Positions 1 to 8,756 of a stretch of DNA of 64,000 nucleotides are shown in pieces. This stretch comes from Bacteroidia bacterium (GTDB lineage: Bacteria > Bacteroidota > Bacteroidia > CAIKAF01): the NCBI GenBank assembly GCA_016742095.1, contig JACVCJ010000003.1, positions 11,250 to 75,249 of the forward strand, in the 5' to 3' direction. The notes beneath the pieces are model-generated. The model searched no databases. It had not been told where the DNA came from and was given only the letters and a program-made list of their open reading frames with translations. The number at the start of each line of letters is the position of its first letter. The first letter of the stretch is position 1. The position numbers were made by a program, and so were the translations under genes.

Positions 1-623
1 TGGTTGGGGTCGAGTTCGCCAGGCTGCACCAGTTCTTCCACTTCCACGATGGTTATTTTACCGGCCATGGCCATCAGCGGGTTAAAGTTGCGGGCCGTCT
101 GGCGGTAGATCACGTTGCCGGCGGTATCGCCCTTCCAGGCTTTTACCAGGGCAAAATCGGCATCAAAGGCGTATTCCATCAGGTAATCTTTTTCCTGGCC
201 CTTGTATGTAAAGCGGCGGCTTTCCTTGCCTTCGCCCACTTCGGTACCATAACCGGCCGGCGTATAAAAAGCGGGTATCCCGTAGCCGGCCATCATGCAG
301 CGTGTGGCCAGGGTACCCTGCGGTATCAGTTCCACTTCCAGTTCGCCGCTGAGCATCTGGCGCTCGAATTCGGCATTTTCGCCTACGTAGGAAGAGATCA
401 TTTTACGGATCTGTTTTTTCTGCAGCAGCAGTCCCAGCCCGAAATCGTCCACCCCGGCATTATTACTTATACAGGTAAGGCCTTTAGTCCCCTTGCGCAC
501 CAGTTCGCTGATGCAGTTCTCGGGAATACCGCAGAGACCGAATCCCCCCACGAGCAGGGTCATATTGTCCCGGATATCTGCCAGTGCTTCTTCGGCACTG
601 TACACCACTTTATTGATCGGCAT
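1..623 (-). CDS. scoA: 3-oxoacid CoA-transferase subunit A (3' end runs off window)
   Basis: Manual translation from ATG at 623: [36 protein letters not shown]...[12 protein letters not shown]...[13 protein letters not shown]...PQGTLA, the class I CoA-transferase alpha motifs; missing from the ORF track because it is cut by the edge. Confidence 0.92.
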   Translation of the reverse strand, partial: MPINKVVYSAEEALADIRDNMTLLVGGFGLCGIPENCISELVRKGTKGLTCISNNAGVDDFGLGLLLQKKQIRKMISSYVGENAEFERQMLSGELEVELIPQGTLATRCMMAGYGIPAFYTPAGYGTEVGEGKESRRFTYKGQEKDYLMEYAFDADFALVKAWKGDTAGNVIYRQTARNFNPLMAMAGKITIVEVEELVQPGELDPN

Positions 624-640
624 TGTTCTTTTACTTTATA

Positions 641-2905
641 TTATTTTTCGAATAGATTGTCAAAATCGTCGCTGGCGTTGTAGTTGTTCTGCTCCAGCAC
701 GTCGGAACGGTATTCGCCGCAGTTGGTCTCCACGCTCAGTTCGCCCCTGGGTTTGGCAAAATCGCCGTGGTTGTATTTCAGCTGACCGTCGTTGTACACC
801 TTCAGCATGTACAGGGCCCAGATGGGCAGGGCCATATTGGCACCCTGACCGTAGGCCGTGCTGGCAAAGCGGATCTGGCGGTCCTCGCCGCCTACCCATA
901 CCCCGGTGGTAATGTCGGGAGTGGTGCCGATGAACCAACCGTCGGAGTTGTTCTGCGTGGTACCCGTTTTACCGGCCACGGGCCAGGTAAATTTATAGCG
1001 GGAACGCAGCCTGCCGCCCGTACCCTGGGTCACCCCTTTCATAAGCTGTATGGTAAGATAGGCCGCCTGTTCGTCCAGGGCCTCGTTGCGCTGCGGGTAG
1101 AACTCTTCCAGCAGGTTGCCGTTCTTGTCCTCGATGCGCAGCAGGTATTGCGGTTTTACGTGTATACCCTTATTGGCAAAGGTATTGATGGCCCCTACCA
1201 TTTCGTACACGGTAATATCGGGCGTACCCAGGCAGATAGCCGGTACCGGTTCAATGTCCGACACGTCGATACCCAGTTTTTCGGCAAATTTCAGGGTGGC
1301 CGTAGGCCCGTACTGCTTCATGAGGTAGGCCGATATCCAGTTGATGGAGTTGGCCAGGCCTTCCTGCAGGCTGATCATCTGTCCTTCTTTATAGGAGCCC
1401 GAGTTTTTGGGGCACCAGTTATCGATACACACCTGTATATTAGGCACCTGCATACAGGGGGACAGGTGTTCCTGCATGGCCATACTGTATACGATGGGCT
1501 TAAAGGTAGATCCCACCTGGCGCTGTGCGGCGCGCACGTGGTCGAACTTGAAGTTACGGTAGTCGATACCGCCTACCCAGGCCCGTACGAAGCCGCTGTG
1601 CGTTTCCATGCTCATCATACCGCACTGCAGGAAGAATTTATAGTACATCAGGCTGTCCCAGGGGGTCATTACCGTATCGCGGTAGCCCTTCCAGCTGAAC
1701 ACTTTCATGTCTGTTTTTTCGTGGAACGACTTTTCGATCTCCGACTCGCTCAGCCCGGCTTTTTTACCGTTACGCCAGCGGTCGCTGCTCTTCATGTCGG
1801 CACGCATTTTCTTTTCGATCTCCTCGGTGCTCAGATTCCGCGGGAAAGGACCGTTCTTATTGCCTTTTTTGGTCTTAAAGAACTGGGCCTGCAGCTGGGC
1901 CATCCACTCTTTGGCGGCGTCTTCGGCGTATTGCTGCATTTTACTGTCGATGGTGGTATAGATACGCAGTCCGTCGCGGTGCAGGTCATAGGGTTCGCCG
2001 TTGGCTTTCCTGTGTTCCTTGCACCAGGTGGTCAGGTCTTTCTTCAGTTCGCTCAGGAAATACGCGGCCTGATCGCCCATACCGTACTGGTTGCGCTGTA
2101 TGCGTTCGTACATCTTACCCTCAGACTTAGTGAGGGGCATTTTCTTATATTTTTCGGCCGTGGCGTCGTCGATCTTACCATATTTCACCATCTGTTCCAG
2201 CACCGTATTGCGGCGCAGGCGGCAGCGTTCCTTGCTTTTTTCGTTGCGCACGGGGCTGTACATGCTCGGGGCCTTGAGCATACCTACCAGCATGGCGGCC
2301 TCCTGGTAATCGAGATCGGCCGGCTTTTTATCAAAGAATACTTTCGAAGCGGTTTGTATACCGAATATCTCATGCCCGAAATCCGCGGCATTCAGGTACA
2401 TGGTCACAATTTCCTGCTTGGTATAGGTGCGCTCCAGTTTGGCGGCGATCACCCATTCTTTCAGTTTCTGCAGCAGGCGACCGGCTTTACCACCGCTCTG
2501 GTCCTGGCCGTGGAACAGGATCTTGGCCAGCTGCTGGGTAATGGTACTGCCTCCGCCGTCGCGGCCCAGTTTACCTACGGCACGCATCATAGCGCGGGCG
2601 TCGATACCGCTGTGCTCATAAAAACGGGCATCTTCGGTGGCCACCAGGGCATCGATGAGTTTGGGCGATATCTGGTCATAGGTAACCGTGGTACGATTCT
2701 GTACATAGTAACGGCCCAGCACCTTGCCGTCGGCACTGTAAATAAGTGTGGCGCGGCTGTAGGTGGGGTCTTCCAGTTCTTCAAAACCCGGAAGCGTGCC
2801 AAAGAGGCCCAGACCTGCCATCAGCAGAGCCAGGATCACTACCAGCAGCGGGCTGAACGCCAGTACCCATATTTTCCATTTTTTCATTCCTTTTTTCGAT
2901 GCCAT
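641..2905 (-). CDS. mrcA: Class A penicillin-binding protein 1A (transglycosylase/transpeptidase)
   Basis: N-terminal TM; EDARFYEHSGID and GGSTITQQLAK glycosyltransferase motifs; STFK (SxxK), SIN and KTGT transpeptidase motifs. Confidence 0.93.
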   Translation of the reverse strand: MASKKGMKKWKIWVLAFSPLLVVILALLMAGLGLFGTLPGFEELEDPTYSRATLIYSADGKVLGRYYVQNRTTVTYDQISPKLIDALVATEDARFYEHSGIDARAMMRAVGKLGRDGGGSTITQQLAKILFHGQDQSGGKAGRLLQKLKEWVIAAKLERTYTKQEIVTMYLNAADFGHEIFGIQTASKVFFDKKPADLDYQEAAMLVGMLKAPSMYSPVRNEKSKERCRLRRNTVLEQMVKYGKIDDATAEKYKKMPLTKSEGKMYERIQRNQYGMGDQAAYFLSELKKDLTTWCKEHRKANGEPYDLHRDGLRIYTTIDSKMQQYAEDAAKEWMAQLQAQFFKTKKGNKNGPFPRNLSTEEIEKKMRADMKSSDRWRNGKKAGLSESEIEKSFHEKTDMKVFSWKGYRDTVMTPWDSLMYYKFFLQCGMMSMETHSGFVRAWVGGIDYRNFKFDHVRAAQRQVGSTFKPIVYSMAMQEHLSPCMQVPNIQVCIDNWCPKNSGSYKEGQMISLQEGLANSINWISAYLMKQYGPTATLKFAEKLGIDVSDIEPVPAICLGTPDITVYEMVGAINTFANKGIHVKPQYLLRIEDKNGNLLEEFYPQRNEALDEQAAYLTIQLMKGVTQGTGGRLRSRYKFTWPVAGKTGTTQNNSDGWFIGTTPDITTGVWVGGEDRQIRFASTAYGQGANMALPIWALYMLKVYNDGQLKYNHGDFAKPRGELSVETNCGEYRSDVLEQNNYNASDDFDNLFEK

Positions 2906-2913
2906 ACAAGGTT

Positions 2914-3432
2914 TTATTTAACAGGGTTACCTGCATTGGTATATTCCACACGGAGTCCCACATTGCTGATGTGCTGCAGGCCTTCTTCGGGTGCGCGCAT
3001 CAGCTGGGAAAAACGAAAGCTGTATTTACCGCTGTAGGGAAATTTCACCGGCCCTTTGCGGTTCACCAGGAAGGCGTTCTCGCAGCTTCCGCCGCTGCAT
3101 TTGCCCAGTTCACGGCCCAGTTCATCGTTGAAGTACAGGTCCATGGTATCCAGCGAGGTGTTGCCGTCGGGATAGCCCGTTTCCAGCAGCAGCCAGAGGT
3201 TACGGTAAGGATAGTCCTTATGGTTGCGGATGTTCAGGATCACGTTATAGGCCCTGGCCGTATCGGCGATCTCTACTTCGAACTCCGGTTTAAAATCCTC
3301 ACGCCAGGCCGCGCCCGGTATATCGGTATAGGATTCGTACACCCGGTCTCCGTCACAGGAGGCCAGGCCAAACACCACCGCAGCTGTCAGCAGGAACAGC
3401 GCAAATTTACTTCTGCTCCGGTTTTTTAGCAT
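2914..3432 (-). CDS. gldH: Gliding motility lipoprotein GldH
   Basis: Start re-assigned to ATG 3432 (MLKNRSR...), lipobox LASC, IRNHKDYPYRNLWL and C-terminal MR...ISNVGLRVE motifs; typical position between ricT and PBP1A. Confidence 0.88.
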   Translation of the reverse strand: MLKNRSRSKFALFLLTAAVVFGLASCDGDRVYESYTDIPGAAWREDFKPEFEVEIADTARAYNVILNIRNHKDYPYRNLWLLLETGYPDGNTSLDTMDLYFNDELGRELGKCSGGSCENAFLVNRKGPVKFPYSGKYSFRFSQLMRAPEEGLQHISNVGLRVEYTNAGNPVK

Positions 3433-4714
3433 TTTTCGGATTATTGTTCTTTCCACCGGAATTCTTGGTATTGCCGGAATTACCTGGATTGTTACCTGGA
3501 TTACCGCCGCCGGAATTAGCGGGATTATTACCACCGTTCCCGGGATTATTACCGCTTTTGGCGTTTTTGTTCCGGCCGGAAGAGGGCTTGCGCTTTTTCT
3601 TTTTCTTGCCGGAATCGAAACGGGTAAGGCTGCCTTCTTCGATCACGTTCGAGAAGCCCGACTCCGGGGTAATTGCCTTTGGCGCCGTCTGCGCTTTGAC
3701 ACCCGCCAGGGTATCGGCCAGTTCGTTGCGTGCATTGATCTCCATGATCTCTTTTACCCGTTTCAGGGGCAGGGCATGAAAAACATGCGGACTTTCCTCG
3801 TAGGCAAAGAACATGATGCGCTTAAAGATATCGGTCTTCACATGAAAGCCGTTGCCTTCCATCGTGCGCAGTATCACGTTGTTGCGCGGGAATTCCTTCA
3901 GCGCGTCCATATAGCTTTCCAGCTCATAGTTGAGGCAGCATTTCAGTTTGCCGCACTGGCCGGCCAGTTTCTGCGGATTGATGCTCAGCTGCTGATAACG
4001 TGCCGCCGTGGTGGTTACCGAACGGAAATCCGTAAGCCAGGAGCTGCAGCACAGTTCACGGCCGCAGGCCCCGATACCGCCTACACGGCCGGCTTCCTGG
4101 CGCGATCCGATCTGGCGCATCTCGATACGCACTTTCAGGTCGCGGGCCAGCAGTTTGATCAGTTCCCGGAAATCCACACGCGCATCGGCAATGTAGTAGA
4201 ACGTGGCCTTCATGCCGTCGCCCTGGTATTCCACGTCGCTGATCTTCATGTCCAGGTTCAGGTCTACCGCGTATTTACGGCAAAGCATCATAGCGTCCTT
4301 TTCGAGGCCCATGGATTCTTTCCAGCGGTCGATATCGTTGGGCCGTGCCTTACGGAACAGCTTTTTGCCCGCATCGTTCACACTGGCGCCGGCTTTGCGC
4401 ATCTGCACGCGCACCAGCTCGCCCGTAAGCGATACCACGCCTATATCGTGACCGGGACTTGCCTCCACGGCCACTGCATCACCCGTTACCACGGGGATAT
4501 TGTCCGGATTTCTGAAAAACTCTTTACGTGTATTTTTAAAGCGTACCTCCACCCATTGAAAACGGTTCGGAGAAGCATCCTGCATACCACTAAGCCAGTC
4601 AAAAACATTCAATTTATTACAGCCGCCGCTACCGCATGAACCCTTATTACCGCAGCCGGCAGGGGTCAGAGCATCGGTATTGCCTCGGCCGCTTGCACAC
4701 GAGTTACATCCCAT
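3407..4714 (-). CDS. ricT: PSP1-domain / RicT (YaaT) family Fe-S regulatory protein
   Basis: Cys-rich N-terminus; RVDFRELIK, GGIGACGRELCCSSWL and LAGQCGKLKCCLNYE PSP1 C-terminal motifs; Asn/Gly-rich tail. Confidence 0.9.
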   Translation of the reverse strand: MGCNSCASGRGNTDALTPAGCGNKGSCGSGGCNKLNVFDWLSGMQDASPNRFQWVEVRFKNTRKEFFRNPDNIPVVTGDAVAVEASPGHDIGVVSLTGELVRVQMRKAGASVNDAGKKLFRKARPNDIDRWKESMGLEKDAMMLCRKYAVDLNLDMKISDVEYQGDGMKATFYYIADARVDFRELIKLLARDLKVRIEMRQIGSRQEAGRVGGIGACGRELCCSSWLTDFRSVTTTAARYQQLSINPQKLAGQCGKLKCCLNYELESYMDALKEFPRNNVILRTMEGNGFHVKTDIFKRIMFFAYEESPHVFHALPLKRVKEIMEINARNELADTLAGVKAQTAPKAITPESGFSNVIEEGSLTRFDSGKKKKKRKPSSGRNKNAKSGNNPGNGGNNPANSGGGNPGNNPGNSGNTKNSGGKNNNPKNAKKPEQK

Positions 4715-4793
4715 AGTATCTGAAATTCAGTCTTATTTTATACAAAAACACATTAAATGTAATAAGAATGACAAAAATAATGAAATTTGCCGC

Positions 4794-5141
4794 ATGGCAG
4801 CGGATGAATTAAATGTACGTTGGGCTAAGCTCGTAAAAAGACTGAATACCGAATTTGACCAGGATTTCGAGGTGGAAGGAATACTCTTTCTTATTGGACT
4901 TCAGGAACTTGGCAAAGGATACGTAAAACTGAACAAACACCAGAAGATGGAGGTGATGCATATTGCGGTATGTGCCCTCCTGGAAAAATACGGATACTAC
5001 AATTACCTGGGTAAGGATGCCGACGGCTGGCCCCACTGGGAACCTACCGAACTGTTGCCGCACCTGAGTTCCATGCAGCAGCACAAACTGATAAAAGACG
5101 CGATCCTGACCTATTTCGAAGAGAACGAAACGGAAGAATAG
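4794..5141 (+). CDS. Conserved Bacteroidota hypothetical protein
   Basis: MAADELNVRW...ILFLIGLQELG...K.EVMHIAVC.LL...GYY...D.DGWPHW, a pattern I recognise in small Bacteroidota proteins; ATG at 4794. Confidence 0.75.
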   Translation: MAADELNVRWAKLVKRLNTEFDQDFEVEGILFLIGLQELGKGYVKLNKHQKMEVMHIAVCALLEKYGYYNYLGKDADGWPHWEPTELLPHLSSMQQHKLIKDAILTYFEENETEE

Positions 5142-5144
5142 GGC

Positions 5145-5183
5145 AAAAAAAAATTCGGAAAGGGTATTTCCGAATAATTTTTT
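5145..5183. terminator. Intrinsic terminator, possibly bidirectional
   Basis: A-run, TTCGGAAA gggta TTTCCGAA stem-loop, then T-run. Confidence 0.7.
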
Positions 5184-5349
5184 ACTTGGTTTAGTTAGAG
5201 AATGGGGTTACAGGATTCTCAAATTTCACAAATATTAAGAAATGAAGAAAGTCAACTAATAAAGCTTTGTGAACTTCAGATTTTCTTCAAAAAGAATATA
5301 ATTTCTTTATATTATTGTTTATGTTTGTGTTATAAATAATCACCGTGTA

Positions 5350-6753
5350 ATGCTGCATGATTTAATACAGGCCTTAAGCAAAGATGAGCTACGTCGTTTT
5401 CAGAACTCTTTAAGCCGGGGGAAACGCAGTTTCAACCTCCTGGGCATCATGAAGAACGAAACGAATAAGGAGGTAATTTTCAAGAAGTTATACCACGAAA
5501 AATACAGTCCCGAAAAAGATATCCTGCTGCGTACGGAGATGAAGATCCTGAAACGTAAGCTGGAAGAGTTCATCCTGGAAAATTCGTCCCAGGACCTGCA
5601 TCCCGGCCGTGATTATGCGCTTTTTTACGAGGTGGCCAAGTGGTGCATGCTGAATTCGATCTACGACCTGGCCCTGAAATACTGCCGTAAATCGTTCGAC
5701 CTGGCCCTGGCACAAAAAGAATGGGCAGACCTGCTGCGCATCAACCGGGTCTATTACCTCATCAGCTGGCAGCAGCCCGCCGGGCTCAACGAAAAGACCG
5801 AAGTGCTCAGTGAGCGTACCCGCTGGCATCAGAAGATCATAAATACACTGGCTACCGAAGAAATGCGGCTCAGTCATTTCCTGGAGGCCTCCATCGACCG
5901 CTACCGCTATAACCTGCGCCAGGCCCACAACCAGCGCCGGTTCCCGGACACGCACACCATTCACTTCCCCGAACACGAGAGCAGTCTGGCCGCTTATTTC
6001 GGTCTCAAGGCCAAAGCCTACAGCACCATGGACGGACGGGCCATCGATATCCTGAAAGAGGCCATCGCCCTGCTGAAGGACATGCCTCATTTTTATTACA
6101 AGGACCAGGAATGGATCGCCGTGAACGGGGCCCTGGCCATGGAATATTCGGCACACGGTGAGCACGACCGGGCCTGCGAAGTGTTCGACATGCTCATTTA
6201 CCACCCCGACCTTACCAAAAGCCAGAGCAGCATCGGCATACAGTTCAACTATGCCACCACCCTGCTGAAACTGAAACAGTACCGCAAAGCCGAAGAGATC
6301 CTGGAACTGCTCGATGAACGGCATCCCAAAATGATACTGAACCGGCAGATACAGACCATGAAGATCACCACCTACCTTTTCCTGGGAGAAAGTGAAAAAC
6401 TGAAGAAGATCATTTCGAGACAGAGCGGTCCCATGGACCCGGCACTTAAAATATACAACCGCCTGCTTTTCGTTATTTATTACCTGCAGAAAGACAGCCT
6501 GGAACTGGCCGAACGCGAACTCATCAACCTGGAAAAATCGCGGCCGGTGAAAGGTTCGGTGTATCCGCCGCTGATACAGGCCTTTAAACTGTATATAGAG
6601 GCCGAACTTTCCCGGACAGGCAACAGCAGCGAAAGACAGAAAAAACAGTCGGAATTCCGCCGTGTAATGGATGATATTGCCGGGGCCGAAGACGATGTGC
6701 TGCGCAGCCTGCTTCCCTATAAATGGCTTCAATACACCCAGGAAAGTCAATGA
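5350..6753 (+). CDS. All-alpha TPR-like hypothetical protein
   Basis: 467-aa ORF with host-like codon use and TPR-like helix pairs (FNYATTLLKLKQYRKAEEILELL); ATGA overlap with next gene. Confidence 0.7.
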   Translation: MLHDLIQALSKDELRRFQNSLSRGKRSFNLLGIMKNETNKEVIFKKLYHEKYSPEKDILLRTEMKILKRKLEEFILENSSQDLHPGRDYALFYEVAKWCMLNSIYDLALKYCRKSFDLALAQKEWADLLRINRVYYLISWQQPAGLNEKTEVLSERTRWHQKIINTLATEEMRLSHFLEASIDRYRYNLRQAHNQRRFPDTHTIHFPEHESSLAAYFGLKAKAYSTMDGRAIDILKEAIALLKDMPHFYYKDQEWIAVNGALAMEYSAHGEHDRACEVFDMLIYHPDLTKSQSSIGIQFNYATTLLKLKQYRKAEEILELLDERHPKMILNRQIQTMKITTYLFLGESEKLKKIISRQSGPMDPALKIYNRLLFVIYYLQKDSLELAERELINLEKSRPVKGSVYPPLIQAFKLYIEAELSRTGNSSERQKKQSEFRRVMDDIAGAEDDVLRSLLPYKWLQYTQESQ

Positions 6754-7463
6754 GTACCGGCCTGCCCATCGTATATGAAGACCCCTGGCTGGCCCTGGTG
6801 GAAAAACCGGCCGGACTGGCCAGTGAAGCCGGCGCTGCCGAAGAAAGCGTACTGAAATGGTTCGGGGAATACCTCGCTAAGAAGTATCCCGGGCAAAAGC
6901 AGCTTTCGGCAGGACTCCCGCATCGCCTGGACAAGCCCGTAAGCGGACTGCTGCTGCTTACAAAAAGACGGCAGCCCCTGAAAATACTGGGCGATCATAG
7001 CCGCGAACACTGGAAAAAATACTACCTGGCCGTACTTGCCGGCGACTATACCGGGCCCGGGCAACTGGTACATTATATAGAAAAGCAGGCCGGCAGCCTC
7101 AAAGCACTGGCGCACACGCGGCCCGTACCCGGTGCTAAAAAGGCCGAACTGCGCTGTCACGTACTTGCGCGCAGCGACGATACCACCACCGTGTTTATTG
7201 AACTGCTCACAGGCCGTTACCACCAGATCCGGGTACAGTTCGCCGCCGCAGGGTTTCCCATCCTGGGTGATACCTTATATAACGGCGGGCCGGCAGTGCC
7301 TCCCGCGGCCATTGCCCTGCATGCCTGCAAACTGGTCTTTACACACCCGGTTGAGCAGAAGCAGATGACTTTCCATTCTGACTATGTGGCAGTTACGGGC
7401 TTTCCGGAACACCCCGCTTTAAGTGAAGCGATGCAAATTTTATCGAAATCCGTGTACTTTTAA
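6750..7463 (+). CDS. RluA-family pseudouridine synthase
   Basis: EKPAGL, HRLDKPVSGLLL (catalytic Asp), TGRYHQIRVQ, PILGDTLY, LHA motifs; ATG 6750 overlaps upstream stop. Confidence 0.92.
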   Translation: MSTGLPIVYEDPWLALVEKPAGLASEAGAAEESVLKWFGEYLAKKYPGQKQLSAGLPHRLDKPVSGLLLLTKRRQPLKILGDHSREHWKKYYLAVLAGDYTGPGQLVHYIEKQAGSLKALAHTRPVPGAKKAELRCHVLARSDDTTTVFIELLTGRYHQIRVQFAAAGFPILGDTLYNGGPAVPPAAIALHACKLVFTHPVEQKQMTFHSDYVAVTGFPEHPALSEAMQILSKSVYF

Positions 7464-7491
7464 CGCCTGAACTAAAAAAAGGAAAAAAAAA

Positions 7492-7522
7492 TTTGGTGTT
7501 TTAAATTAAAGCCGTACCTTTG
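7492..7522 (+). promoter_or_regulatory. Consensus Bacteroidota sigma-70 promoter with no downstream CDS
   Basis: TTTG (7492-7495), 19-nt spacer, TACCTTTG (7515-7522). Confidence 0.65.
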
Positions 7523-7526
7523 GCTT

Positions 7527-7580
7527 CAATAAGGGTTGGTAAACGCAAAAGGTCGCTTCTTAACAGGAGCGGCCTTTTGT
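7527..7580 (+). ncRNA. Candidate ~55-nt small RNA
   Basis: Lies between the promoter and the hairpin AAAAGGTCGCTTCT taac AGGAGCGGCCTTTT; no ORF. Confidence 0.4.
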
Positions 7581-7611
7581 GATTTATGCCGTTTTCGTAC
7601 CCTCAGGGGCA

Positions 7612-7640
7612 TAAAAAAGCCACCCCGCAGGATGGCTTTT
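7612..7640 (-). terminator. Intrinsic terminator for 7665..8252
   Basis: AAAAAAGCCA ccccgcagga TGGCTTTT hairpin. Confidence 0.7.
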
Positions 7641-7664
7641 CGCTTACTTTTACAAAATTCTTTC

Positions 7665-8252
7665 TTACAGTTTCCAGATAACACCGCCGCTTACGTCGGT
7701 CTTACCCCAGCCCACTTCTCCGGTCACACCGAAATTGGGTGTAAAGTAGTAGCGGATACCGGCCGTAGGGCCAAAGTAGATCATGGGCATTACGCGCTGC
7801 CCGCCCGGGTTTCCCGGCCAGAAAGCCACACCCGTACCCAGGTTCAGTCCGCCGTAGATATCCAGCTTATCGGCATGGATGTTCTTACCGGTCTTGTCGG
7901 CGATGAGCTGGTAAAAGTGGAAATTACAGAAGCCACCCACGGGAACATTGAACTGGCCTGATCCGTAACCCCAGCCCCAGCCGGCACCATAAGGCGCACG
8001 CCCGCCGAAACCGACTGTAAAACCGGCGCCCACATACCTGCCGGGAGCCCACTCCATCTGGGCAAGTGCCTGCCCGGTAAAGGGGAAGAACAGATTCGGG
8101 TAATAAATACTGTTATAGCTATTGATATTACCCATACTCGACGCACCTATTGTTACCGAAATAGTTACATCACCCTTCGAAAATGCCTGGCCCCATGCTG
8201 CAGAAACGCTCACCACCAGCGCTGCAAGGCCTGTTACTAACAACTTCTTCAT
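7665..8252 (-). CDS. Small outer-membrane beta-barrel protein
   Basis: Signal peptide, alternating Gly/aromatic beta strands, GIRYYFTPNFGVTGEVG, C-terminal W-K-L. Confidence 0.8.
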   Translation of the reverse strand: MKKLLVTGLAALVVSVSAAWGQAFSKGDVTISVTIGASSMGNINSYNSIYYPNLFFPFTGQALAQMEWAPGRYVGAGFTVGFGGRAPYGAGWGWGYGSGQFNVPVGGFCNFHFYQLIADKTGKNIHADKLDIYGGLNLGTGVAFWPGNPGGQRVMPMIYFGPTAGIRYYFTPNFGVTGEVGWGKTDVSGGVIWKL

Positions 8253-8460
8253 AGTTTCTCAAATTTTTGCAAAGTTAATAGGTATACAACGAATAATAAA
8301 GGGGTTTAGTTCCAAACTGTGAGAAAAAATCAATAACAGTAAAAGGTTAATTATTTAAAATTAAGCCTATTATATGCATTATCCGATTAATTTTTTTAGA
8401 TAATTTCACATAGCAAAATCCTGTTTTTACAGGATATTTGAGCCTGTATACGATTTTTAC

Positions 8461-8468
8461 TACCTTTG
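8461..8468 (+). promoter_or_regulatory. -7 promoter element of the B12 operon
   Basis: TACCTTTG directly upstream of the riboswitch. Confidence 0.6.
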
Positions 8469-8472
8469 CCAC

Positions 8473-8647
8473 GTTCCAGGTGCCTTAGTAAGTTATTTAC
8501 AAGGGCTTAAAAGGGAATCCGGTGTAAATCCGGGACAGTACCCGCTGCTGTAATTCTCGCTGAAATCCGGACAAATGCCACTGCTCCGCTGCAAGCGGAA
8601 CGGGAAGGCGTCCGGGATAGAGAAAAGTCAGAAGACCTGCCTGCAAC
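8473..8647 (+). ncRNA. Cobalamin riboswitch
   Basis: AGGTGC...AAAAGGGAATCCGGTGTAAATCCGGGACAGTACCCGCTGCTGTAA...GCCACTG...GGGAAGGC...AAGTCAGAAGACCTGCC (B12 box), upstream of a TonB-dependent receptor. Confidence 0.95.
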
Positions 8648-8756
8648 ACATAGTATTTACCGGGCTTCGGGAATAAAGCCGGCAATGCATCGGGAACGTC
8701 CGCAGGGACAGGTTCCGTTCATTTGCCTGTATTTCCGTATCCCCAGACAGGCAAGT

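Noticed and set aside
767-3037. 756-aa ORF antisense to PBP1A (likewise 23734-25317, 41495-42913, 51934-53214, 5488-6750)
   Set aside because: Shadow ORFs in register with the real genes, produced by codon bias; no motifs or plausible composition
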